Part shown: positions 42,585 through 56,450 of the stretch, in pieces
Position numbering within the stretch: position 1 is the first letter of the stretch
Layout: each line of letters starts with the position of its first letter
From: Octopus vulgaris
Taxonomy: Eukaryota
Direction: 5' to 3'
Assembly: GCA_951406725.2 (NCBI GenBank)
Contig: OX597821.1
Location: 75,454,001 to 75,518,000 of the forward strand
DNA: 64,000 bases
Made by a program: the position numbers and the translations under genes
Notes under the pieces: generated by a model
The model's input: the letters and a program-made list of their open reading frames with translations, nothing else
What the model was told of the DNA's origin: nothing
Database searches by the model: none

Positions 42585-42797
42585 GGTGAGCTCTCCCGTC
42601 AAAGACGACGGATGGCTCACTCGCTCCATCAAATCGACGTTGTCTGAACAAATGCACTATGTACCACGTGTCGAGGTGATCGCACAGCAACTTGAGATGA
42701 AGTGCTTTGCTCAAGAACTCAACGCACCGCCAGGTCTAGGAATTGAAACCACGATCTTGCGAGTCCAACACCTTAACCACTCACTAGGCCATGCGCC
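42585..42797 (-). mobile_element. tRNA-derived SINE
   Basis: rc head GGCGCATGGCCTAGTG..GGTTAAGG, B-box GGTTTCAATTCC, CTTGAGCAAAGCACTT core. Confidence 0.75.
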
Positions 42798-42806
42798 TTC
42801 ATTATA

Positions 42807-42848
<42 letters not shown>

Positions 42849-42850
<2 letters not shown>

Positions 42851-43256
42851 TCCCGGGTTGATTCGGGGTTAACCACAGTAAATAAGGTACTCAATACATA
42901 GTAGAGTAAAATTAATTTATTATATAGAAGGAGCTTCTACAGGACTAGAACTGTTTCATTCAAGAGAAATCTTCAGGAAGCTAGTTAACAAGAATTGTAT
43001 TGGCATTTATACATTTAGGCAGGTTTAAAGGGGTGTTGGTGGGGGACTTTTTGGGGGTAGGCATAGCGCAAAATATCATACTTGGGGGAGTGGTCAAGGA
43101 GTCAGTGTTAAATTAGATAGAAGAATAAATAAAAAAAATATATAAAAAAAAAAATATATAAAAAATATATATAAAAAAAAGGGAATAGAGTTTTAGGTAA
43201 ATAAGGAGATTCTCACTTCTAGTCCTGTAGAAGCTCCTTCTATATAATAAATTAAT
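42849..43256 (-). mobile_element. PLE-like 3' end with HHR-like motif and 40-bp perfect inverted copy
   Basis: 42911-42950 equals the reverse complement of 43217-43256; rc CTGAAGA tttctcttgaat GAAA cagttc at 42948-42976; 3' end abuts (TA)n. Confidence 0.68.
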
Positions 43257-43266
43257 AAATAAAATT

Positions 43267-43332
<66 letters not shown>

Positions 43333-43485
43333 AAATATATATATACGTATGTATGTATGCATGTTTATATGTAGGTAGGCGCAGGAGTGGCTGTGTGGTA
43401 AGTAGCTTGCTTACCAGCCACGTGGTCCTTGGTTCAGTTCTACTCTGTGGCACCGCGGGCTTACCAAATCTTGTGAATGGATTTG

Positions 43486-43537
<52 letters not shown>

Positions 43538-43560
43538 ACTCACAAGGCTATATATATATA

Positions 43561-43748
43561 TGTTGATTCGCTAACCTATGCAAGTGTTTCTTTTCTGTGT
43601 TTCTTTTCTGTGTATCTTTCTGTTGAAGAGCGTAGGCTCGAAACGTAAAAGACTTGTTTTATTTATATTCCTGAGCGCCATACTAATACAATTGTTTGTT
43701 TGTATTCCACCTGCCTTCGTCTTTTGTTTATTTTCATAAAGCTTCCCG

Positions 43749-43750
<2 letters not shown>
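43561..43750 (+). mobile_element. PLE-derived HHR mini-element, family B
   Basis: tcttt CTGTTGA a gagc gtag gctc GAAA c GTA aaaga at 43615-43652; collinear with rc 33608-33812; (TA)n at the 3' end. Confidence 0.82.
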
Positions 43751-43822
<72 letters not shown>

Positions 43823-43847
43823 CTCTTTTACTCTTTTACTCTTTACT

Positions 43848-43905
<58 letters not shown>

Positions 43906-43909
<4 letters not shown>

Positions 43910-44246
43910 GTTTCATTTCGAAATCTCTCAGAGGGAGTTATACAGTAACAGCACGATAAAGTGATGGTTTGTTGTCAACTTAATGTGGCAGTCCCAGGAA
44001 AGGGAAGAATGCCACTGTTATTTTGCCCCAGAAAACACCGTTTCCAGTTGGCCATGTGAGATAAGCACCTCCACTCAGCAAAACTGACTTTGCTGGGTGG
44101 AGGTGCTTATCTCCCCGGTTTGAAAACATGACACAGTACGTTTGTATCACATGGCCAACTGGAAACGGTGCTTCCTGGGGCTAAATAGCAGAAGCATTCT
44201 TCCCTTTCATGGGTCTGCCACATTAAGTTGGCAACAAACCATCACT
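43906..44246. mobile_element. Fold-back derivative of family C with nested hairpin
   Basis: Arms 43960-44059 and 44147-44246; inner 25-bp hairpin at 44058-44113. Confidence 0.8.
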
Positions 44247-44686
44247 ATATATATATGTTTGTGTGTGTGTGTGTGTATGTGTGTGTGTGTGTGGTGTGTG
44301 TGTGTATGTGTATGTGTGTGCATGCATATATTTTTTTATTTATGGGTATGTGTCTTTATGTGTGTTTGTTTCCCACTACTGCTTGTCAACCGGAGTTGGT
44401 GTATTTACATCCCCGAAATTTAGCGGTTCCGCAAAGAGAGGCCGATACTAGACTTAAAAAAATGTCCTGGGGTTGGTTTGTTCGACGAAACCTTTTAAAG
44501 GCCGTGGCCTAGCATGGCCGTCTTCAAATGACTGAGACAAGTAAGAGAATAAACGAACATATATGGTCATATTCTATTACTCTTTCTCCAAATAAACACA
44601 AGGACTATGTATTTGTTCTTCACTTCAGATTTACTATTGTTCTGCCCTTTCTAAATATATATATCCATGCATGCACAATTATACAC

Positions 44687-44750
<64 letters not shown>

Positions 44751-44819
44751 GCACACAGAGAGAAACATACAAGAAAGATGACCATTCCGCAATAAAAAAA
44801 AAATTTATATATATAATTT

Positions 44820-45056
44820 TACTCTTTTATTCTTTTACTTGTTACAGTTATTTGACTGTGGCCATGCTAGAGCACCGCCTTTAGTCGAACAAATCGACCC
44901 CAGAACTTATTCTTTGTAAGCCTAATACTTATTCTATCGGTGTCTATTGCCGATCCGCTAAGTTACGGGGACGTAAACACACCAGCATCGGTTGTCAAGC
45001 GATGGTGGGGGAAAATACAGACATACAAACATACAAACATACATATACATATATAA

Positions 45057-45151
<95 letters not shown>

Positions 45152-45288
45152 CGACAGACTTCTTTCTGTTTCCGTCTACCAAATCCACTCACAAGGCTTT
45201 GGTCGGCTTGAGGTGCTACGCAGTCGGTCTGAACCCATGACGGTGTGGTTGGTAAGCAAGCTACTTACCACACAGTCACTCCTGCACC
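44820..45288 (-). mobile_element. CORE-like SINE
   Basis: Collinear with 12121-12526, with a small internal deletion. Confidence 0.82.
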
Positions 45289-45330
<42 letters not shown>

Positions 45331-45942
45331 AATATACACGTATATATGTATATACATATACATACACACATACATATATACATAAACATATCATATTTGT
45401 ATTTTCATACAGTGCACACACACGCACATATGTATGTAGTTATGTACATGTGTGTGCGTGTGTGTGTGTGAGTGAGTGTGTATTTATTTGATAAATTGTA
45501 TATTTATGCATGTGTATCCGTCAAATTTCTGCAGCAAATATCATGATTAACTTGGGAATTGACAGCAGACTAAAATGTTAGTTAATACTGAGAGAAAAAC
45601 ACATACATAAACGTTAGTGATATTCCGTACAGCAGTACGTCGACGCCTCCGCATCTTCCACACACATTTACTAACAACTCAACGGTACTGCTATCTCCAA
45701 CCTAAATCAAACATTTGTTATTTATATTTCTCTAGTTGTCATGCCATTTCTGAAACTTACACCATTTAATAATCGACTGTGAAGAAACAGTCAATCAGCA
45801 GTCCGTTAGTTGTCGCAACACAGGATTTAAACCAATTGCATACATACAAAAGATCTCTCGGCAGAGGAACATACATATTTCCATATCAGTATGCGTATTT
45901 AGCAATCTATCTATCTATCTATCAATCTATCTATCTCCATCC

Positions 45943-45996
<54 letters not shown>

Positions 45997-46004
45997 ATCC
46001 ATCC

Positions 46005-46122
<118 letters not shown>

Positions 46123-46344
46123 ACATGCATATAATATAATATAATATAATATATTACAATATGACAATACAATGTGTGTATGTGTGTGTGTGTGTACTAC
46201 CCAACCACATGGTTCTGGGTTCAATCCCACTGCGTTGCATCTTGGGCAAGTGTCTTCTACTATAGCATCTCGGGCCGACCATAGTCTTGTGATTAAATTT
46301 GGTAGAGAGAAACTGAAAGAAGCCCATTGTATATATACGTATGT

Positions 46345-46377
<33 letters not shown>

Positions 46378-46381
<4 letters not shown>

Positions 46382-46616
46382 CGTTATCACCGTGACACAT
46401 CGCTGGTCACAATGCGTTTCGCATTGTTTTAGCCTTTAAATGACGCCAGAAGAAAGCCAACAGAAGAAAGAGTGAGAGAAATTTGTGGCGAAAGAGTACA
46501 GCAGGGATCGCCACCATCCCCTGCCGGTGCCTCGTGGAGCTTTAGGCGTTTTCGCTCAATAAACACTCACAACGCCCGCGAGTCCGCTGCTCTAACAACT
46601 GGACCATTGCGCCTCC
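46378..46616 (-). mobile_element. tRNA-derived SINE (OR1-like; name unverified)
   Basis: rc head GGCGCAATGGTCCAGTTGTTAGAGCAGCGGACTCGCGG; relatives at 54845-55037 and 25791. Confidence 0.75.
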
Positions 46617-46627
46617 ACATGTATATG

Positions 46628-46685
<58 letters not shown>

Positions 46686-46696
46686 CATATATACAT

Positions 46697-46748
<52 letters not shown>

Positions 46749-46956
46749 TCATCAATATATACGTAATATAATATAAAATAATATGTTATAAAAATATATT
46801 ATAATGTGTGTGCGTGTGTGTATACTACCCAACCACATGGTTCTGGGTTCAGTCCCACAGCGTGGCATCTTGGGCAAGTGTCTTCTACAATAGCATCTCG
46901 GGCCGACCAAAGTCTTGTGAGTAAATTTGGCAGAGAGAAACGGAAAGAAGCCCGTG

Positions 46957-47000
<44 letters not shown>

Positions 47001-47760
47001 TTGTCATAAGAGATCGATATAATAAGCTCTAAGGGTCGATACATTTAAAAATAGTACTGAGGTCATTACATTCATCTAAACATTCTTCAAGGCGGAATAT
47101 CTGTATAGCCGCAGTCAAATGATTGGAAGCATCAATAGTTTTATATATATATTTGCCTATCTATTCATATAGATATCTTTCTATTTTTCGTTCTAATGTG
47201 TGTGGGATAGATGTCTGTGTGTGTTTATGTAAATTTGTGTGCACTTATATATATATATATATAAGTATATATTTGTGTGTGTGTATATATATTTATATAT
47301 GTGAATATAAATGTGTACAGGAATATAGATATGCATATATGTGTGTATAACATGTGTGTGTATATATAAAAATACGTATACTCCTAAACATATATACTCA
47401 GGAATTGTGAATATCTTTTACTTGTTTCAAATGTCAAACCGCGGCCAAGTTGGAATATATCTTCTAAGAATTTTTTGAAAAGTCTAATGAATCAACCCCA
47501 ATACTGTTTTTAAAGCTAGGTACTTATTCCGTCGAACTCCTTTTGCTGAAACAGTGAGACACGAAGTCGCACACATATACACACACATACACACACACAT
47601 TTGAACACAAGCACGCGCGCGCGCACACACACACACACACGTATATATATACATTAAGCAGAAAATGGAGGAATTCTTCATCAACAACAAATTGACTACC
47701 ATCGACTATCATATTTTCATACAAAACTTTATCGCATCTAACAGCCGTTTCTGTTTCCAG

Positions 47761-47861
47761 CGCCCGATAGCGCTGCCAAAGGAAATCCTGAGGATAATAT
47801 TCGTCATAATCTGATCCGGAATATGGCGTTTCACCAGAGTGAAGAAAAGTACAAAAAATAA
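47761..47861 (+). other. Candidate spliced (terminal?) exon
   Basis: ctaac branch motif, pyrimidine tract and ttccag acceptor, then open frame PDSAAKGNPEDNIRHNLIRNMAFHQSEEKYKK*. Confidence 0.3.
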
Positions 47862-48438
47862 AGGAAAAGGAAAGGAAAGAGCACCGAGAAGAGAATGAAA
47901 GTTTAATATATTTGAATCATACCATTTCACCGTGTAACTTTTCGAGCCTTTGACTAAATGACAAAACTAGAAAATTAATGAGTGGGTTAAACTTTCTTTC
48001 GGGCTAAAAGTGTATATAAATAATAAAAAGTACTTTAGTATAATAGGATACACCAATAGGTCTAGAAAAAGAATAGTACTTAAGATTTCGTAAATAGTAC
48101 TAATAAATATTTATCTAAATAGCATTCCCATAAATTAAGTACAATTATATACTTACTGATATGTTGTAAAGACCAACCACCTGTTGCTCACCAAAGTCCA
48201 GCCATCAGTATAATTGGTCAGTTAAATTAAGAATCATTTAATATACTACCAAGTATATTAAATGTCTGTAAGTCAATACCATGTCCTACCTGCCTGTGTT
48301 AGCAGTGCGATTCAAACACTTTTAGGTTATCTCTTCAGATACTTTATTGAATTTAGATCAGCACTGAAAATTATGACGTTTCATATACGAATATGTTTAT
48401 ACAAACATTGCAAACGAAGATAGAAAATAGGTAATGAA

Positions 48439-48494
<56 letters not shown>

Positions 48495-49001
48495 TATTTC
48501 AGGAGTTATTGCTTTCTCATCAGCTCCACATTCAACCCGTCAACTATCCACGAATAAATTACTTAAATAGCCACTAAGTTTGGCGGTGTAACAATACTGG
48601 ATAGAGCAACTTACACACTGAACACATTCCCGAAAACTGGCACGTACATACTGTACACATTGCTTGAAAGGTTATTGTATTTCGTGTAGCAGCTATAATG
48701 TACTTCCAGGTGTATTAAAGTCCTCCATCGTGTTAGCAGTGCGATTCAGTGTGATAATGAATCTATCAGCGGGCAGAGAGATCTTGAACAGAGCCACGCC
48801 TCATTTAAACGTGGCATTAACAAGGAGTCTCTTTAATGATAAATATGCATTCAGGATAGAACCCTTCACCTAACCAAATATTTTAACTTTACTTTATTTT
48901 GTTTCAAATTTTTTGATTGACCTGTATGTGTTCTTGATTGAACTGACTTACAGAATTACTTTCCTGCAATTCATATTTGTTACATTTATCAATTTTACAT
49001 A

Positions 49002-49141
49002 GGCGCAGGAGTGGCTGTGTGGTAAGTAGCTTGCTAACCAACCACATCTTGGGCAAGTGTCTTCTACCATAGCCCCGGGCCGACCAATGCCTTGTGAGTG
49101 GATTTGGTAGACGGAAACTGAAAGAAGCCCGTCGTATATAT

Positions 49142-49177
<36 letters not shown>

Positions 49178-49395
49178 TTGTGTGTCTGTGTTTATCCCCC
49201 TAGCATTGCTTGACAACCGATGCTGGTGTGTTTACGTCCCCGTCACTTAGCGGTTCGGCAAAAGAGACCGATAGAATAAGTACTGAGCTTACAAAGAATA
49301 AGTCCCGGGGTCGATTAGCTCGACTAAAGGTGGTGCTCCAGCATGGCCGCAGTCAAATGACTGAAACAAGTAAAAGAGAGATAAAAGAGAAAGAG
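49002..49395 (+). mobile_element. Young CORE-like SINE with B-box deletion
   Basis: Near-identical to rc 12121-12526, but caaccacat joins directly to cttgggcaag. Confidence 0.85.
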
Positions 49396-49855
49396 AATGC
49401 GCGTGCGCACAAGCGAGCGCACACACAGAGTATCTTAAATAAATACTGCAAATATAAAAGATATTTTTTCCATGTACATATTTGCAATTATATTTTCATG
49501 TGGGTTACTCTTTTTCCGGTATCATCCCTTGTCAAGACAAGCAACGACCCCTTCCCTCATCATGTCATGCATTTTGAATACAACCGTTATATACCGGATC
49601 AATACGATCGTTTCGTTTCTAACCTAACCAAGCAAAAGTGATCGATATATTCTAATATCTCCAGTGTAGATATCTTTTAAATATCTACTGCATGATATCT
49701 ACCATTTGACATAATCGCCCGAAAACCGAAATCGGGATAACGATTTGTAAGGTATCATCTTCAAATGTAAAATTAGAACTTCAATTTTAGTAAAGAGTAC
49801 GCTTGTTCCTCACATTCGTTCTTGTATATTTATACATAAACATAATCAGTCCCAC

Positions 49856-49934
<79 letters not shown>

Positions 49935-49935
49935 A

Positions 49936-49979
<44 letters not shown>

Positions 49980-51439
49980 GTCTATCTATCTATCCATCCA
50001 TGGATACTGAACATATGTGTGTGTGTATGTGTGTGTGTGTGTATGTGTGTGTGTGTGTGTGAGAGAGAGAGCACGGTATTCCTTTTAAACTCTTGAGGGA
50101 TATACGTTTGTTATAAAATAATGTTCTTTGCTTAAAAGTTACTAATCACTTATTTTCATATTTTTCTATTGTTTTTAATTATCTTCTAAAGTTTTTAGCT
50201 CTCTTTAATGAAAAATGATTCATATCTTTACCATTTTTAGCTTCCCTATGGAATTCTATATATTTTAACATAATTCCAATAAGTGACACTAATCATAATT
50301 CATTACACTTCTGATTGGACCATATACCAGTGGAAGGAACAAGATTGATTATAACAGTATATCTATGTATCTTTAATTGGCTGACTCATTCTATCATGAT
50401 GCAACTATTTTTCATCTAATACGCGATCTCAGTTCAGACATCTTGCTGAAGGTACAACCTAGAAATTAATATTAAGGAACATAACAAAAGTTTAAGACGA
50501 TGCGCTAACTTAATATTTAGAGATTCACTGGAGTTCTTAGTTTCAAACAGAAAAAAACTTACATCATCATTGTTTGGTTCTTATTTTCATAACTAACAGT
50601 ACAGAACATGGTAAATTGTAATTCTGTAACGTCGGCAATAGAGTAGTGTACAGTATTTAAGCCCTTTATTTTTCGGATTATAGACAAGTTACTCGGATTC
50701 TTCCGTTATACTGTTTAAAATGGTTAAGGTCTCTCAAATGTTACATATATTCTATCCTAAAACATCTTGTTTTTTTTTTATACTTTTGCGTGTTTCCTTC
50801 GGGAGTAGGAACTCATAGAAATAATTAAACAAAAGGGAGTTCACAGATGCATTCGGTGGCAATCAGCACAAACGCAGTACTATTAACATACGTATTGTAT
50901 CTTGAGGGCTCAAGGTGCGCCATATTCAAAATTATGCCAAGCACGGGGCATTGTGTAGCAGAAACATTTGCTACTACACTTGACTAAAAGTTTTATATTG
51001 AAAGTTAAATGTTTGCGGTTTTCTGTCTCATATATTTCCTTATTTTCAATGGTTGGTATTCCAGCAGTCATTATAGAGTTGGATAGAAAGCTTTGCTGCA
51101 TATGTTCTTGATTTATTCACCCTGCCTCTCATTGTATCAGAGTTGGTAAATAAAGTCCGAGTCCAGTACTGCTGCCACTGCCTCATCTTCCTGCTCTTAC
51201 AACCTGGATGATATTCGTTCCTCTCCAATCCACATTAAACAGTTCTTAATGCACTTTAACTCTATAAAAGTCACCGAAATATTGAATTGTTTTCTAAAAA
51301 ACTCCTTTCAATATTCAGCTTTGTAGAAGTGTAGTTTCATTATTAACACCTTCTACATCATCATTTTCATGTAAGTCTTCGCATTATTGATACAGAACCC
51401 AGTTGCATTTTCATGATTTTTCATTATTTATAGTTGGAA

Positions 51440-51630
51440 TTTATAGAAAAAAAACAGAAGACGAAGACAGGTGTATGAACAACAAGTGCATTAGTTTGAC
51501 GCTCGGAAAAAATGAAAATGCTTTTTTACGTTTCGAGCCTACGCTCTACAACAGAATGGAATAAGAGAAAATAAAGAAAGAGAGAATGAAAAAGATTTGA
51601 AGATTTCAGCGGTTCAGCACGGCGAATCAT
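51440..51630 (-). mobile_element. Older family-B-like HHR element
   Basis: rc tt CTGTTGT a gagc gtag gctc GAAA c GTA aaa at 51523-51557. Confidence 0.68.
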
Positions 51631-52285
51631 TATTTATAACCCTCTTAGATGAACTACAAAAATTACTTCTTTTGTTTATCAGTTTATGCGTTATACAGGT
51701 CCTAAGGTTTTGATAAACGTCATGAAAATTATTTCTTTCTGTTTATCTTTTTATAACTCAACTCACCTCAATTAAAATCATGAAATAAAGGCAGGGTTGA
51801 TGCTGACACCTGTTGTCTTTTCACATTAGGCGGTGGTCGTAGCTTGCATATTGACTAATACAATTTAAACCGGCAAACACATTTTAGTAAAGAAAAAGCG
51901 AGGGACACATTCTAAACTTACAGGATAGCTCTCTACAACGATTAATATTCACCAGAGCTGAATCTGTGAGTTCAATTTTACCTTGTTTATATTTCAAAGA
52001 ATTAAGATGACCGAACTCCACCTACTTCCATCTTCCGGATTTTCATTATGCTTACTTTATTTTACATAGAAAAATAAATATATATATATATTAGTAGTGA
52101 CTCGATGAATTCCTAGCGATATTTGGAGAAAGAAATTTTGTATTCCGAAATATTATTATTATATCAGACTATGGATAATTAAATTATAACAGTTATTATA
52201 GTCTCCAATCTTCATTGTTGTGCCATTCAAGACACGTTATATTTTACAAACAATACACAATGCTTCAAGCAAACTACAATAATCT

Positions 52286-52344
<59 letters not shown>

Positions 52345-52667
52345 CAAGACAACGATCTCGAACCCACAAAAATAAACAAGACTGACAGACACAAACAGAA
52401 ACAAGAAAATGTCCTTGTATTTGAATACTATGCAAATATTCTTTTTAAATACTTTTCATTTAATTCTTCCAAAATTTAATTCCTTTCCATATTTACAGTT
52501 GAAAAAGTCTCAATGACCGAAACAGAAACTGAAATGTTTTTTATAAAATTATTTTAGCATTTTCTACCTTGACTTTTTTCCATATATATATCAACTCGTG
52601 TGTTCCTTTTCAACCTTCTACACACACACACAAACACACGCGCACACACACACACACTCACACACAC

Positions 52668-52710
<43 letters not shown>

Positions 52711-52744
52711 TACATACACATTCTAGTGTTTGTTAGAAAGTGTA

Positions 52745-52990
52745 GGCGCGTGGCTTTGTGGTTAGGGTGTCAGCATCACGATCGTAAAATCGTGGTTTCG
52801 ATTCCTGGACTGAGCGACGTGTTGTGTTCTTGAGCAAAACACTTCATTTCACGTTGCTCCAGTCCACTCAGATGGCAAAAATGAGTAACGCTGCGATGGA
52901 CTGGCGTCCCGTCCATCTGGAAAACACATACGCCATTGAAACCGGGAAACCGGGCCCATGAGCCTGGCTAGGCTTTAAAAGGGTGCATTT
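52745..52990 (+). mobile_element. tRNA SINE with V-domain-like segment
   Basis: A/B boxes, cttgagcaaaacactt, ctgcgatggactggcgtcccgtcca; flanked by a tgttagaaa direct repeat. Confidence 0.8.
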
Positions 52991-54175
52991 ATTTTATTAA
53001 TTGTTAGAAAAACACCTATAATAACAGAAAGGAAAGAGTATTGGAGTACAAATGCTTAGCGGTGTTTAGATTTGACAATCAACGCAAAGAAAACTCGTAA
53101 TTTTCGAATTTGACCGTAAATTTTCTGTAATTAGTTTCAGTAATACATGAAATATCGATTGACTCGACCATATTCCTCTCATAATAAAAATTGGCATTAT
53201 GTTTGGTCGTAAGAAATTGATAGGATTCATTAAAGAAATATTAGACATTTAAGAAGAACATTCAGCTTTGTTAAAATCCATTAATCTATATAATTCTTAT
53301 CTCTTCTTTTCATTATGCAATTACGATAGTATTTGTTTCAATAGATTCAACTATTAATTTCAATGTGTGTTTATATGTTTTTCAGTTCGTGTAATTATCA
53401 GATTACTGATGAAACAGGTATTTATTATTGCAACTTCAAAACATCTTTTAGTGATAAATTCTCCTTCGTTAATTTGATCTCTAGACAGCAACTTCAAATA
53501 TGTCGCTATTCCACCCGCATCCCCCATTGCTTATAAATATAATCATTTGCATATACCACCCCTCCCGGCAAATGATCGGCGCCATATTGTTTTTCTTCCG
53601 TAGTTGTACCAACAAAATGATTATTTATGATGACAAATGTGACATTTATGGTGTCCACAAATATAGTTACAACCTGACTATTATAACACATGTACTGATA
53701 AATGCATCACCAAAGACAACTTAGAAACCAATATTTACATTTATTGATAAATATAATTGCTATACTCGCCTCCAAACACACAGACAAACACTTACACACA
53801 CACATGCGCAATCACAAGCAGGCATTAATAAGCGTCACCTAGTGGGGCAATATAATATACATCTCCATACTCAGCCGCTGATAAATAGGCGAAGAAGAGG
53901 ACGTGTACATGTTTCTACTGTCGCGTTTCAAGCGATTATCATCTACACACTTGCATATGAAAGCTGGTTGTTATGAAAGCGACTCATAACTCACAATTTA
54001 CTCTCATTCATTGCACCAATAATTATAAATTCAAGGAATCAAATTCATATGATATGCAATAATGACTGCATTCTGTTACAACAAAATTCTATGGCTACAG
54101 TTAAATATTCTGCTTCATAGGATTTTGTGATATATATATATATATATATAGATACATGTATATATATATAGATAC

Positions 54176-54234
<59 letters not shown>

Positions 54235-54301
54235 TACATAAATATATATATATATATACATATTTATATATAAATATATACATATACACACACACACACA
54301 A

Positions 54302-54337
<36 letters not shown>

Positions 54338-54571
54338 GTGTCTATGTATATTATATATAAAATTAGGCATTCAAACTTTATGTCACATTCACTTCAATGT
54401 TCATTGATAAGAATCCGTGTTTGGGAAAAAACAAGAAAAAAAGTTTGCAAGCTGTATCATTGGAGATAAATTTAATTACCAGGTGTCTATAATAAACTTA
54501 GAGACATATTTAAAAATGAATACATGCAAAGTGTTTGCTCACACAAACACAGATTCATAATACCTACATAC

Positions 54572-54626
<55 letters not shown>

Positions 54627-54637
54627 CACACACATAC

Positions 54638-54719
<82 letters not shown>

Positions 54720-54844
54720 GTATGTATGTATGTATGTACGTATGTATGTATGTATGTATGTATGTATGTATGTGTTTGTTTGCCTTTGTGTGTGTGTGTA
54801 TGTATGTGATATGTAAGTATGTAGACACGTGTGTGTGTGTGTGT

Positions 54845-55037
54845 ACAACAGAAACAGAAAAGAAGAGGGAAAGAAAGTTGTGGTGAAGGAGTACAGGAGG
54901 GTTCACCCCCCACTGCCGGAGTCTCCTGGAGCTTTAAGAGTTTACGGTCAATAAACACACACAACACCCGGTCTGGGTATCGAAACCATGATCCTAAGAC
55001 CGCGAGTCCACTGCCCTAACCACTGGGCCATTTCGCC
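54845..55037 (-). mobile_element. tRNA SINE (family of 46378)
   Basis: rc head GGCGAAATGGCCCAGTGGTTAGGGCAGTGGACTCGCGG and B-box GGTTTCGATACCC. Confidence 0.78.
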
Positions 55038-55045
55038 TTCACTAT

Positions 55046-55129
<84 letters not shown>

Positions 55130-55954
55130 ATTTTTACAATTTTCTCAACCTTTCAGAGGGGAACGAGAGGGAAATTACAAAACTGATGAAGTGAAAATAC
55201 CAGGGAACACGTGATACATGTGAAGTAGGAATCTCCAATGACAACATCTCAAAATATATCTAATGAAATATCAAAAACTTCATATGTAAGAGAAATAGAA
55301 GACAATTACCATCCGTTATCTGTTGTTGTTTTGCCTTGGGATGATCCTGACTAAGAAGATATGAACTAAAAGCGTCCCAGGTGTGAACAACCTGTGTGTT
55401 TTGTTATGGAGTCATTTCATGTCTGATAGCAAACAGGGCAACGCAAACCACGTAATTTTTTAAGGAAAATTAGTTTATAAGAGTTTGTTGTGTCGGAAAT
55501 CCTCTGTTGACTGCACTTTGTGGAAAAATATTAGCTTTTAACCAACCATTGACACTGGTTGGCTTGGAATCCTTATCGAATTGAATTCGCACAAAGCCAT
55601 TAGCTGCCAAGGACTAATTTTTAGAAGCGATTCGATGCAGTCGATCGATTTTGGAACGGCAAGTGCGGAGACTCCTTTCGATTCTTAGATTTTATATAAC
55701 GACAGAAAACATTATATTACAGATGTCTTCGAAAAATTACACTTGTTCAGCTCATTCATTTCTAGTCTATGATCACTTCCAGATTTGAACTCGGAGCTCC
55801 CTGTGGTCAATTCATTAAATTTAATTCTGATGCTATTTGGTCAGTTCCTAACATACAACACTAATCCTAAGTTAGGATTTTTCGATCATTTGAAAGTCAA
55901 GTGGACTTAACGATGCACACAAAGCCGTAGTATTGACTGGATTTGAATCAGGAC

Positions 55955-56450
55955 GGAGCTGAGAAAAATTATTATGGAGAGCGGTCGAAAAAGCCAGCTT
56001 CTATATATGGCTGAAGCGGGAAGACCAAAAATGGCTTGAACATCATAACATGCCGGCAGGAAAATAACATCACTAGGTGAGACAAGCTGACACTGAATTA
56101 GCTTTTAGAGAATGCATGAGCTAAGACTATGCGCCTTCACTGGTCAGTTAAAGTTGAGACAGTGTCACATGACAACTTGCTGGGGCTGCCTGCTGGAGCC
56201 CAGGTATTTAAAGAAAAATTTGACAGGTCAGTCAGTCACCGGCTGACACTCGCTGACGATACATCGAGGAGGCCAGGGAACAGAAGAAAGAAGACATGCA
56301 CCCAACACCAGAGCTGAAGACACCTCCGAAAGGGGGACCCCACCACGTCAAAACGGTAGAGGAGTAGGGAGCGAAACCGGACGTGCATCCTCCTGATGAT
56401 GTCTTGAGCTAACTGGATCCTATAAAGGAGCTGTTGCAGTAGCAGACCAC
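55955..56450 (+). mobile_element. 3' end of a HERO/NeSL-like REL non-LTR retrotransposon
   Basis: EKLLWRAVEKASFYIWLKREDQKWL resembles the AEKAS.WIWLKR...W C-terminus; a GC-richer UTR follows. Confidence 0.55.

Noticed and set aside
52745-52815. tRNA-like sequences (also 22585, 46560, 54970)
   Set aside because: These are SINE heads that continue into SINE bodies; no complete cloverleaf.
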